Source of the DNA: a virus
Taxonomy: Duplodnaviria; Caudoviricetes
DNA: 57,886 bases
Virus record (IMG/VR): IMGVR_UViG_3300042328_002052
Span: 1 to 57,886 of that record
Direction: 5' to 3' (one strand)
In this document: positions 16,205-24,722 of the stretch, one piece after another
How the letters are laid out: the number at the start of each line of letters is the position of its first letter
Position numbering within the stretch: position 1 is the first letter of the stretch
The notes under the pieces: model-generated
What the model was told of the DNA's origin: nothing
Seen by the model: the letters and a program-made list of their open reading frames with translations, nothing else
Database searches by the model: none
Made by a program: the position numbers and the translations under genes

Positions 16205-18358
16205 ATGACCAACTCTCTCTCCATCTTTGCCAACGCCCTTGCCTCCGAGAACCTGTCCTTCTCGTTCGATCAGAACGCGGAGACTGCCTCGTTCGATACC
16301 AAGACGCGCCACCTGACGATGCCCATTTGGGATGTGTCGGAAACGGTGCAGACCATGCTGATCGCCCATGAGATCAGCCACGCCCTGTGGACTCCCTACG
16401 AGCGCAGCGAGGAGTTGCTTGCTGCTGCGGAGCAGGAGGGCTTCAACAAGATGCTCCTTCAGCGGATCGCCAACATGGTGGAGGATGTCCGCATTGAGAA
16501 GATGATGAAGGCGAAGTACCCCGGTACGCGCCGCGACTTCTACTTGGGCTACAAGGAGATCGTGGATCGGGATATGTTCTCTTTCTCCAAGATGGACATT
16601 TCCAAGAGCGGGATCATCAACCGCCTGAACCTCCACTTCAAGTGGGGCGTTCCCGGCTTCCTCGCCGTCAACCTCTCCCCGGAGGAGCAGAAGATCGCGG
16701 ACATGGTGGATGCCGTCAAGACTTTTGAGGAAACCATCGAAGTCGCCAAGTTCCTCTACCGTCACCCGGAGATGCAGGAGGCTATGAAGAAGGTGGAGAT
16801 GCCCGGTGATCCCAACGGGCAGCAGGAGGGCGATCCTGCGGACGGCATCCTCATGGACACCGACATCAAGGGCGGTGGCAAGGAGAAGGACGGGGACACC
16901 TACACCTCCTCCGTCATCACCCTCACCGGGCTGAAGGACTACCGCAAGGCGATCATCAGCACCGATATGCTGCGTGATTCGTTCACCTCCGCGAACCCCT
17001 ACTACCTTGAGGCTTCCCTGACCAAGTACCGGGAGTATGTGCGCCAGTCCGATGCGTTCGTGCGCCAGTTGGTCGCGCAGTTTGAGCGCAAGAAGGCTGC
17101 GGACGAGATCCGCCGGGAGCGTCCCAAGCAGACCGGGATGCTGAACCTTGACCGTCTGCACCAGTACCGCACCCATGACGATATCTTCCTGTCGAAGATC
17201 GTCAAGAAGGACGGCAAGAACCACGGCATCGTGTTCCTGCTTGACTTCAGCGGGTCGATGCAGAGCAGCATCGAAAATTGTTTCCTTCAGGTTCTCCAGT
17301 TGGTGTGGTTCTGCGAGAAGGCGAAGATCCCGTTCGATGTGTTCGGCTTCACCGATGTTCACGGCTACGCCATGTACGGGGATGCGTTCTACAAGTCCTA
17401 CCACGACTTCCACAACAACCCCGCCAACGAGGGCAAGCAGTTCATTCACCCCTTGCAGCCGGAAGTCGCTCGTTCCTGCCCGACCGGGATTCTGTACGAG
17501 AACGCCCGTCTGATCCACCTCGCGTCATCGAAGGACGATGCGAAGAAGCGGGAGCAGTTGCTCTCCATGCTCTACGGGTCGCTCGTTTCTGCCGACCTCC
17601 CCGGCTCCAACCTCCTCACGCTGCACGGCACTCCGACCGTGGAAGCCCTCGCCATTGCCACCGAATACATGAAGGATTGGGTCACGGAGAACAACATTCA
17701 GATCCCGACCCTCATGGTGGTCACGGACGGTGCGCCCAACGGAGTCACCGTCAAGGACGCAGAGACTTCCAACCTCTACCGCTACTGCTCCAACAGCACG
17801 ATCACGGTGGTCAACGAGATGCTTGGCACGGTGGAGCGCGTCCATACGATGGACACCCCCGGACTCTGCATCGGCAACATGGTCATCAGCACCATGCTCA
17901 ACAGCCTCCGCGCCAAGTTGAACGCCCGGTGCATCGGGATGTATGTGGGCGGTCATCGGATGAACGATCAGACCTTCATGGGCTTCTGCATGAGCCACAA
18001 GGAGCGCGAGGACTTCTACGGCGATCACCGCAACCACCGTGTCGAAGTGTCCGACCTCCCCCGGTACGCTGCTGCGGAGGAGGCGTACAAGGACGGCTGC
18101 GTGATGGTTCACCCGGACATCTTCCCCGGCTACGACTCCTACTTCCTCACCAAGACCCCGAAGATCGTCAAGGACGAGGATGCCATTGCGGACGGTGGAA
18201 CCTTCACCAAGATCAAGAACACCTTCATCAAGACGATGGCGAAGCGCAGCGGGAATCGCGTGTTCCTCACCCGGTATGTGGATATCGTGGCGGGTCAGCC
18301 CGTGAAGAAGATGATCGACTCCATGTACGGGGTCGCCCTCTCCTTCCCGAAGAAGTAA
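16205..18358 (+). CDS. CobT-like protein: HEXXH metallopeptidase-like domain plus vWA domain
   Basis: AHEISH, NMVEDVRIE, MIDAS LLDFSGSM, HGTP, VVTDG; typical partner of MoxR-type ATPases. Confidence 0.88.
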   Translation: MTNSLSIFANALASENLSFSFDQNAETASFDTKTRHLTMPIWDVSETVQTMLIAHEISHALWTPYERSEELLAAAEQEGFNKMLLQRIANMVEDVRIEKMMKAKYPGTRRDFYLGYKEIVDRDMFSFSKMDISKSGIINRLNLHFKWGVPGFLAVNLSPEEQKIADMVDAVKTFEETIEVAKFLYRHPEMQEAMKKVEMPGDPNGQQEGDPADGILMDTDIKGGGKEKDGDTYTSSVITLTGLKDYRKAIISTDMLRDSFTSANPYYLEASLTKYREYVRQSDAFVRQLVAQFERKKAADEIRRERPKQTGMLNLDRLHQYRTHDDIFLSKIVKKDGKNHGIVFLLDFSGSMQSSIENCFLQVLQLVWFCEKAKIPFDVFGFTDVHGYAMYGDAFYKSYHDFHNNPANEGKQFIHPLQPEVARSCPTGILYENARLIHLASSKDDAKKREQLLSMLYGSLVSADLPGSNLLTLHGTPTVEALAIATEYMKDWVTENNIQIPTLMVVTDGAPNGVTVKDAETSNLYRYCSNSTITVVNEMLGTVERVHTMDTPGLCIGNMVISTMLNSLRAKLNARCIGMYVGGHRMNDQTFMGFCMSHKEREDFYGDHRNHRVEVSDLPRYAAAEEAYKDGCVMVHPDIFPGYDSYFLTKTPKIVKDEDAIADGGTFTKIKNTFIKTMAKRSGNRVFLTRYVDIVAGQPVKKMIDSMYGVALSFPKK

Positions 18359-18423
18359 AAGATTCTTTGCATAGTTCCCCCGGACTGGAAGGAGAGAGCC
18401 AGTCCGGGGGCTATGTCTTTGAG

Positions 18424-18489
18424 CTACTATCAGAGAATTTGGTGTTTTTCCAAATTCTCTGATTTTATTTGAGGGGCGGCGGATAGTAG
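18424..18489. repeat. CTACTATC/GATAGTAG element 6
   Basis: Arms at 18424-18431 and 18482-18489; hairpin ATCAGAGAATTTGG/CCAAATTCTCTGAT. Confidence 0.85.
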
Positions 18490-18620
18490 TTCGGACGGGA
18501 CGCGGGCCAGACCCCCTCAAAAATTTTTCAAAATCTTTCAAAGTATTTGCTGACTTCCCCAGAATTACTTCTGGGACTTGTGGTCGCATTGCTGGACAAC
18601 CCCCATATCTAGGCTATACT

Positions 18621-18944
18621 ATGGGACTGTTCATGCGACCGATAACCCCCTCGTCCATGTTGGGTGTCTACCATAATCTTCGCAGGGATTATAGGACGGG
18701 GGGTTATCGGGCGTTACTTGTGGGTCTTTTGATTATGGGGCTCTGCCTTATCGGGCTATACTACGGTCTCATAAACTTTACAAAAATTTGTAATAATATT
18801 GGCGGACAGGATCCAGCTGGACAGGACCCAGAAACTTTAAATAAAATTGAGAGCTACTATCCGGGGGAGCTGGAGGGGGGTCTTCTGGGAATGTTGCGGA
18901 TGGCACGCAGACCCCCTCAGAGCTCTGGACGGGATGTAGAATGA
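18621..18944 (+). CDS. possible membrane protein (doubtful)
   Basis: 107 aa with one hydrophobic segment; atypical codon usage; contains an orphan CTACTATC. Confidence 0.35.
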   Translation: MGLFMRPITPSSMLGVYHNLRRDYRTGGYRALLVGLLIMGLCLIGLYYGLINFTKICNNIGGQDPAGQDPETLNKIESYYPGELEGGLLGMLRMARRPPQSSGRDVE

Positions 18945-19314
18945 CGGACAGGAAGAAAAATTATAAATTGTCGGACAGGATACGCAAAGCCTATGAGAAT
19001 GTCGTTCGAAAGTACGGACGAGCTCTGGAAAGGCTAGCTAGAGGGGATGAGAGACCCCCTAGGCACAAATAATTGTCAAAATTCTCAAAAATTTGTCAAA
19101 ATTTATAAGTATTTGCTTGACAGCCTAGGATCGTTTATAGGCTCTTTGTCGTTTAGAGGCCCGGGGAGGGCTAAAAGACGTTCGGACGGCTCCTAGGGGG
19201 TGGGAAATACGATTAAATGGGGTTATATGAGGGGTCTCTAACTCAATCTTTCTCAAATATTCTTAAAAATTTTCTACCCCACTCGCTCCCACTCTCCCCC
19301 ACATTTACCCCCCA

Positions 19315-19467
19315 TCACTTCACTACCTGATTAGCACTCTCCTCTTGTCTTTCATCCTCTGTATCAGTTACTTCTTCTGAGTCTACTTCGGGTTCTGCCT
19401 TCTTGAATCCCATAGGCTTGTCAATGTAAACATCATAACTTTCTAAAAATTCTTTGAAATTTTTCAT
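19315..19467 (-). CDS. 50 aa acidic peptide with capsid-targeting-like N-terminus
   Basis: Manual translation MKNFKEFLESYDVYIDKPMGF...; ATGA overlap with the methyltransferase stop. Confidence 0.65.
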   Translation of the reverse strand: MKNFKEFLESYDVYIDKPMGFKKAEPEVDSEEVTDTEDERQEESANQVVK

Positions 19468-20009
19468 TCTTTTGTTCCGTGTATGATTCCATGCTGTAGT
19501 TTGGCATTTGGGAAAATTTTCTGAACTTCAGGGAGATGGGCTGCTGTTGCCATATTGTTCTGCCATGAGTCTGCCTTGGTTCTCTTGCCGACTCCTGTCT
19601 TATCCCCTTCGTAAATGGAAATGAATACTTTTCCACCGGGCTTCAGGGCTTGATGGGCTGTGCGGAGGGCTTCCTGTCTGTATTCCGGCTCCTTGATGAC
19701 ATTCAGCACATTAAAGAGCGATGCGGAGTCTGCCTTGCCCTTGCCTACTCGTTCCATTACTTCCTGATTGTGTTCGGGGGTTCGGTTGTAAGGATCAAAG
19801 ACATGGGCTTCGACTCCCAAATTTCCTAAAAAATCTTTGGCATTGTCAAACTTTCCACCACCAATATCAATATGGGTAGTTCCCTTCTGCCACCCCATTC
19901 TCTTGTGAATGGTTGAGTATGCTTCCGGGAGTTTGTTCTTGTTGATGCTGGTTGCCGCAGATGTAAACTCTTGGGCATCCTCATTCAAAAATTTGAGAAA
20001 ACTTTTCAT
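19464..20009 (-). CDS. class I SAM-dependent methyltransferase with capsid-targeting-like leader
   Basis: IDIGGGKF motif I, FDPY, FNVLNVI, ALKPGG; starts MKSFLKFLNE after TAAATA. Confidence 0.85.
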   Translation of the reverse strand: MKSFLKFLNEDAQEFTSAATSINKNKLPEAYSTIHKRMGWQKGTTHIDIGGGKFDNAKDFLGNLGVEAHVFDPYNRTPEHNQEVMERVGKGKADSASLFNVLNVIKEPEYRQEALRTAHQALKPGGKVFISIYEGDKTGVGKRTKADSWQNNMATAAHLPEVQKIFPNAKLQHGIIHGTKE

Positions 20010-20064
20010 CAATCTATTTAGGGTTGTTGCTTGCAAGAGTGCTGGGTAAGGCTATATTGTGGGT

Positions 20065-20295
20065 ATGAACAACAACGACGATATCAACGAACTCAAGGCT
20101 GAGATTGTCCGCCTCAATGACAAGATCAATGTCATGAGAAGGATTCTGTGGGAGTGGAACGCATCATCCGGGCCTGTGTGGGAGTATTACAAACTCAAGC
20201 AGATGGGCGAGCGTGATCTTGACTACTGCTTCGATCAGGACTACGAAGTAGACATGCCCCTCTTTGACGATGGCAGCAACCCCTTTGGAGAATGA
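20065..20295 (+). CDS. hypothetical protein
   Basis: TTGCAA..TATATT-6-ATG leaderless start. Confidence 0.65.
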   Translation: MNNNDDINELKAEIVRLNDKINVMRRILWEWNASSGPVWEYYKLKQMGERDLDYCFDQDYEVDMPLFDDGSNPFGE

Positions 20296-20296
20296 T

Positions 20297-20530
20297 ATGG
20301 ACGATAATGATCTCATTACTCTGTCATTTACCGAAGAACAAATTTTTAATCTTTATGATATTATTAATTCTGTCTTGGATGAAGATATAGAATTTATCGA
20401 CAATCCTTCAGAACCATTCAAAAGTTTGCTTTCTAGAGAAACCCTGATAGAATCAGCAAACGAGACAATGCAATTATTTGATATCGTGAACAATAAAATT
20501 GAAGAACTTTACAAAGAAGAAAATAGCTGA
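20297..20530 (+). CDS. hypothetical acidic protein
   Basis: GGAG upstream; tightly packed operon. Confidence 0.6.
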   Translation: MDDNDLITLSFTEEQIFNLYDIINSVLDEDIEFIDNPSEPFKSLLSRETLIESANETMQLFDIVNNKIEELYKEENS

Positions 20531-20531
20531 C

Positions 20532-20720
20532 ATGGCTACCAAGAACAAGACCAAGATCGAAAAAACTCCCCTCACCCTCCATGACCGTATGGATAAGATT
20601 CAGGAGATGGTTGAGATGTTGAATAGCGACATCTTTGAGGGTAACATCACCACCAACGAGATCACCGATCAGTTGGAGCAGATCAGCGTCAAGATTGAGA
20701 ACTTCAAGGACTTACTCTGA
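20532..20720 (+). CDS. hypothetical protein
   Basis: Operon packing. Confidence 0.6.
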   Translation: MATKNKTKIEKTPLTLHDRMDKIQEMVEMLNSDIFEGNITTNEITDQLEQISVKIENFKDLL

Positions 20721-20971
20721 TGCCCGAGTACGAGCCCCTAGACTACCGCCTACGCTGCCATAGCAAGCGCACCGATCTCCCCCCTGATGTTCTGCGGGAT
20801 ATCTGTGAGGCTTATGTGAGGCTTCTCAACTTGGAGGAAGAACGTAATGAGGCTAGAAGGGATCTCTGTGATCTGTATGTGAAGGGCCAGCCAAGTGCAA
20901 GCAGCATGACAGCCCAAGATTACGCCGCTGAACTTGGCTGGGACTGCTTCAAGGAGGAAAGCAATGTTTGA
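20720..20971 (+). CDS. hypothetical protein
   Basis: TGATG overlap; LGWDCFKE C-terminus. Confidence 0.65.
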   Translation: MPEYEPLDYRLRCHSKRTDLPPDVLRDICEAYVRLLNLEEERNEARRDLCDLYVKGQPSASSMTAQDYAAELGWDCFKEESNV

Positions 20972-21245
20972 TAGACACGGAATGTCTCAGGAGCGTTGGA
21001 ATTACCTCATGCAGCCTTTTGATGGCAACGAAGATGTCATGTTGACCGGAGAGGAAGTTGCGAATGGATGGCATTGGTGCGATGAATGGGACGGGCTTCT
21101 TATTCACAAGGACGACCGTGAGTTTGAGCATTGCAAGTGTTCCTTTATGGAGAAGTTTAGAACACCCGAGAGACTTCAGAGAATGAAGCAGGAACAGGCA
21201 ATGGACAGACTCTCAGACCTTGATGAAGAACTTGGATTGCACTAA
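20964..21245 (+). CDS. hypothetical protein
   Basis: AGGAGG upstream; GWHWCDEWDG motif. Confidence 0.65.
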   Translation: MFDRHGMSQERWNYLMQPFDGNEDVMLTGEEVANGWHWCDEWDGLLIHKDDREFEHCKCSFMEKFRTPERLQRMKQEQAMDRLSDLDEELGLH

Positions 21246-21257
21246 TAAATATTCTAA

Positions 21258-22016
21258 ATGCACTATACAACAGTCTTTTTGTCAGACTTTCACCTTGCCT
21301 CCAAAAAAGCAAAGTACAAGCCTCTCACAGACTTCCTGAAGTCCAATACCTTTGATAACATCTACTTGGTAGGTGACATCATAGACATTTGGAGATTCAA
21401 GGACGCATTCTCCATGAAACATGAGAAGCAAATTGGACAGGTTGAAGTCGTAGAAAGACTGTTGAAACTTTCTCGTAAGGGAACCAAAATTCATTACATC
21501 TATGGAAACCATGACGAGTTCATGGCAAAGTTTATAGGACATGAAATATTTGGAAATATTTCTCTCTACGAAAGAATGGATTATACCACGAAGAACGGAA
21601 AGAAGTTTCTTGTTCTTCATGGACACCAGTTTGATTTGCTAACCAAGTATCCAATCAGTTCTTCTCTGTACAAACTAGGAGACATAGGATACGAAATTAT
21701 GCTTGATCTAAATGAAATTTTTAATTGGTGCCGTAGAGCATTGGGAATGCGATACTGGTCTTTGTCCAAGTATGTAAAGATTAAAGTCAAGAGGGCAGCA
21801 CAGTTCATCGAAAGTTTTGAAGATGTTATATGCAGATATGCAAAAGATAAAAAGTATGATGGTGTGATCTGCGGTCATCTTCACAATCCAAAAATTGCGG
21901 AAGTGCATGGGACAATATACGCAAACTGTGGATGCTGGACTGAAAAAGATAACTGCACTTTTCTCTACGAAGATGATTCGGGAGAATTGAGGATCGGAAC
22001 TTATGCAACAGACTGA
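21258..22016 (+). CDS. calcineurin-like metallophosphoesterase (LpxH/UDP-2,3-diacylglucosamine hydrolase-like)
   Basis: SDFHL, VGDIID, GNHD, HGH, CGHLH, NCGCW motifs. Confidence 0.88.
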   Translation: MHYTTVFLSDFHLASKKAKYKPLTDFLKSNTFDNIYLVGDIIDIWRFKDAFSMKHEKQIGQVEVVERLLKLSRKGTKIHYIYGNHDEFMAKFIGHEIFGNISLYERMDYTTKNGKKFLVLHGHQFDLLTKYPISSSLYKLGDIGYEIMLDLNEIFNWCRRALGMRYWSLSKYVKIKVKRAAQFIESFEDVICRYAKDKKYDGVICGHLHNPKIAEVHGTIYANCGCWTEKDNCTFLYEDDSGELRIGTYATD

Positions 22017-22191
22017 ATGGAAAGATCCCAATTACAGACCGACAAAGTTTTTTGATCCGTTTGTGGTGTTTCTTTGTGTTTGTTTCTTGCTCCCGATCAT
22101 ATGCTATGGTATATTTGTAGGGTACTGCAAACAACTTTTTACAAAAAAGAAAAATCCAGTAAAAACCTGCACAAACTCTGGCGAACAGTAA
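22003..22191 (+). CDS. small membrane protein
   Basis: 62 aa with one hydrophobic segment. Confidence 0.5.
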   Translation: MQQTEWKDPNYRPTKFFDPFVVFLCVCFLLPIICYGIFVGYCKQLFTKKKNPVKTCTNSGEQ

Positions 22192-22200
22192 TAATTAAAA

Positions 22201-22800
22201 ATGATTATGCTCAAAGCAGACTATCCCCAGTTCAAGCCAAAGCGCGAGATGAATGGTATTCTCATTTATGAGTTTGCCAAGCTCAAATATTATCTTGGTA
22301 AGAGTGATGATGATGGATTTGGTGGAGCCAGCTGCATCTTCCTTGAGAATAATGCTGCAATCAATGTCAAAGATCAATTTGGTCTGAAAGTGTTTTGGAG
22401 CGAGAAAGAAGCGAAGAACGCATGGATTCGTCAGAAGAAAGCAGCAAAGATCGGACTGGCTCCTCCTGTTGGTAAGAGAATTGTTCTTGTCGATAAGTTT
22501 GGACAGGCTGAGAGATGGGGATATCAGACTTGCTGTGCTGACATGGTTCAGTCAATAAAGAACCTTGAAAAGGTTTGCAAGGCAATGAAGATTTTGCTTT
22601 CCAAGATTTCGGTTCCTACTGACGATCTTCCTACGCAGTATGCCACGAATCTTCCCTGTGTGATGGGCGGCGATCTTCACTGCGATAATATTGGAGTTTG
22701 GTGCGGACGGTATGTGTGCGTAGACTTCGGACACCATACGATCATTCACAAGAATGGACGCGCTCTGCGCGGCAGACCTTGGACAGCATTCGGTGAGTGA
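22201..22800 (+). CDS. protein-kinase-like fold protein
   Basis: GFGGAS loop, GLKVF, catalytic GDLHCDNIG, VDFG. Confidence 0.7.
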   Translation: MIMLKADYPQFKPKREMNGILIYEFAKLKYYLGKSDDDGFGGASCIFLENNAAINVKDQFGLKVFWSEKEAKNAWIRQKKAAKIGLAPPVGKRIVLVDKFGQAERWGYQTCCADMVQSIKNLEKVCKAMKILLSKISVPTDDLPTQYATNLPCVMGGDLHCDNIGVWCGRYVCVDFGHHTIIHKNGRALRGRPWTAFGE

Positions 22801-22910
22801 AGGAAAAATAACATTTTATTGGTTTGCTTTGTTTACTTTTATGCCCATAATAGCAATGGGTATCGCTGAGATCTTAATTTATATTAACAACAAAAGAAAG
22901 GAATATTGAA

Positions 22911-23093
22911 ATGACTAAGAAGATTGCATCGAAGAAGGTTGAAACCAAGACACTTAACATTCTCCCTGTCAAGGGATTCCTCGGACTGCTTGCTGATGCT
23001 GCCATGGTGACCACGCTTATTACGGCTACCATTTCTCTGTTGCTTTTGTGTCTAACTATGGCACAGAAAATTACCATTACGGTTGGTAAGTAA
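22911..23093 (+). CDS. small membrane protein
   Basis: AAGGA upstream; hydrophobic C-terminal half. Confidence 0.6.
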   Translation: MTKKIASKKVETKTLNILPVKGFLGLLADAAMVTTLITATISLLLLCLTMAQKITITVGK

Positions 23094-23114
23094 TTCATAT
23101 ATAAATAAACCGTA

Positions 23115-23188
23115 CAGGCATTAACTCAGCTTGGTAGAGTGCTTGCTTTGGGAGCAAGATGTCGTTGGTTCAAATCCAGCATGCCTGA
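23115..23188 (+). tRNA. tRNA-Pro(UGG)
   Basis: CTTGC-TTTGGGA-GCAAG; TTCAAAT; acceptor CAGGCAT/ATGCCTG. Confidence 0.93.
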
Positions 23189-23226
23189 TTGCTTGACTTT
23201 ACACTAGGATGGAGTACAATAAACAT

Positions 23227-23391
23227 ATGAAAACTCTTTTGAACAAGTTAATGATGCCTTTCGCAATTCTGATTCTCATCAATATGGTTGGCCTTTTGTT
23301 CCACAAGAACTACGAAGGTGCAGTAATGGGAAGCGTAATTGGAATGCTTGTTGGATTTCTGATTCTTGAGATCCGCGCAAAGTTTGAATAA
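23227..23391 (+). CDS. small two-helix membrane protein
   Basis: TTGACT-17-TACAAT-6-ATG. Confidence 0.65.
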   Translation: MKTLLNKLMMPFAILILINMVGLLFHKNYEGAVMGSVIGMLVGFLILEIRAKFE

Positions 23392-23410
23392 CGGATAGTA
23401 GTTTTCCCCC

Positions 23411-23484
23411 GGCCCTTTCGTCTAGTCGGTCTAGGACACGGCCCTTTCAAGGCCATAACATGGGTTCGAATCCCGTAAGGGTCA
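23411..23484 (+). tRNA. tRNA-Glu(UUC)
   Basis: GGCC-CTTTCAA-GGCC anticodon arm; TTCGAAT. Confidence 0.92.
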
Positions 23485-23486
23485 TT

Positions 23487-23714
23487 ATGACGCTTCCACA
23501 CGAAGAATACAACAGTCTTGTAAATGCAAAACAATTCTTATTTGATCTTTTGGACCCAAAACTTACACCCGGTGTTCCAAAAGCAATCAGAGAACGAGCA
23601 AGAGCAGTCCTAAAACACTATCCCTTTGATATGACTCTAAAAGAATTTTATAAAGAAAGCATGCATCATCCTGATCGTGGAATTTATGGCTGGGGAAAAG
23701 GAAAAGACGAATGA
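23487..23714 (+). CDS. conserved-type phage protein (MTLPxE...LKHYP)
   Basis: MTLPHE..FLFDLLDP..TPGVPKAIRERARAVLKHYP; begins 2 nt after tRNA-Glu. Confidence 0.7.
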   Translation: MTLPHEEYNSLVNAKQFLFDLLDPKLTPGVPKAIRERARAVLKHYPFDMTLKEFYKESMHHPDRGIYGWGKGKDE

Positions 23715-24166
23715 ATCCAAAAGAAATCATTGAAGTAAACGATGAGATTGATGTGTTGGTTGCCAAGTATCCCGTTGTATTCAAGAACATGGATAAGTCG
23801 GCATACTATTCTCTTCCAGCGGGTTGGGTTTCCAGAGTTGACAAACTCTGTGCAGATCTGACTGTTCTTATTGAAGAACACCTAAAAAACAATACTTACA
23901 ATCCTGATGAGTATCCGTTTACTGTTTTTCAAATTAAAGAAAAGTTTGGTGGACTTCGATTCTACTTTACTTCCTTTTGCGAAGATCATGAGTTCCACAA
24001 AGAACTGTGCAAGTTGGTAGATAAAGCAGAAGATGATACATATTCCATTTGTGAAGTAACTGGAAATCCCGGAAAACTTTGCAAACTTGGAAGCCAGTAT
24101 CATACCTTCTGTGAAGAAATCAGAATTGCCAATGGATTTAAGGTAGTTGGAAATGGAAACTCGTAA
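23711..24166 (+). CDS. phage protein with QIKEKFGGLRFY motif
   Basis: GW...QIKEKFGGLRFY...ICEVTG pattern common in phages. Confidence 0.75.
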   Translation: MNPKEIIEVNDEIDVLVAKYPVVFKNMDKSAYYSLPAGWVSRVDKLCADLTVLIEEHLKNNTYNPDEYPFTVFQIKEKFGGLRFYFTSFCEDHEFHKELCKLVDKAEDDTYSICEVTGNPGKLCKLGSQYHTFCEEIRIANGFKVVGNGNS

Positions 24167-24722
24167 CATTATTGACCATTATCACTATTGGAATGACGAT
24201 GCTATTAGAGCAGACCTTGATGATAAGCGTTTTAATTATTCAGTTGTTTGTTGCAACATTGGCAATGATTTTAATATTGCAACCGTCATTAGAAACGCTA
24301 ATGCGTTTCTTGCGAAAGAAGTTTTAATTTATGGGCATAAAAAATACGACAGGCGGGGGACTGTTGGAACTCATCACTACACCAATTTTCGTCATGTACG
24401 CGATATTGATTCTCTTTCCGTTTTTTTGGATATGCACTCTTCTGGATATGGTGATAAATCCGGAGGAAAAAAAGTCAGAGTAATTGGTATCGATAATGTT
24501 CCTGAAGCTAAAGACGTAAATGCATATGAATTCGATCCTAACATTCATTACATCATGATCTTTGGCCAAGAACAAATTGGGGTTCCAAAAGATGTTCTAA
24601 GTATGTGTGATGATCTTCTTTACATTCCTCAGTATGGTTCTGTGAGAAGCATCAATGTTGGAACGGCATCAGGTATTATAATGAATAATTACTGTGCCAA
24701 AATTTACTCCTCGGTGGTGTAA
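24153..24722 (+). CDS. SpoU/TrmH-family RNA 2'-O-methyltransferase
   Basis: NIATVIRNANAF, FGQEQIG, IPQYGSVRSINVGTASGI SPOUT motifs. Confidence 0.9.
   Translation: METRNIIDHYHYWNDDAIRADLDDKRFNYSVVCCNIGNDFNIATVIRNANAFLAKEVLIYGHKKYDRRGTVGTHHYTNFRHVRDIDSLSVFLDMHSSGYGDKSGGKKVRVIGIDNVPEAKDVNAYEFDPNIHYIMIFGQEQIGVPKDVLSMCDDLLYIPQYGSVRSINVGTASGIIMNNYCAKIYSSVV

Noticed and set aside
14396-18358. Cobalamin biosynthesis (cobS/cobT) call
   Set aside because: The motifs support only a generic MoxR-type AAA+/vWA pair; no cobN or other cob genes are in the window.
9091-18489. Repeat elements as a CRISPR array
   Set aside because: The arms are only 8-11 bp, inverted and separated by whole genes; there is no repeat-spacer periodicity and no cas operon.
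7560-18500. GC island as host DNA contamination or an inserted mobile element
   Set aside because: It holds phage-type genes, has no integrase or transposase, and shares promoter style, a repeat arm and an ncRNA motif with the AT-rich part. A read-level check is still advisable.
14525-18589. Long minus-strand and alternate-frame ORFs (432, 476, 354 and 394 aa) in the GC island
   Set aside because: Shadows of GC3-rich genes that have clear motifs on the plus strand; no promoters or recognisable motifs of their own.
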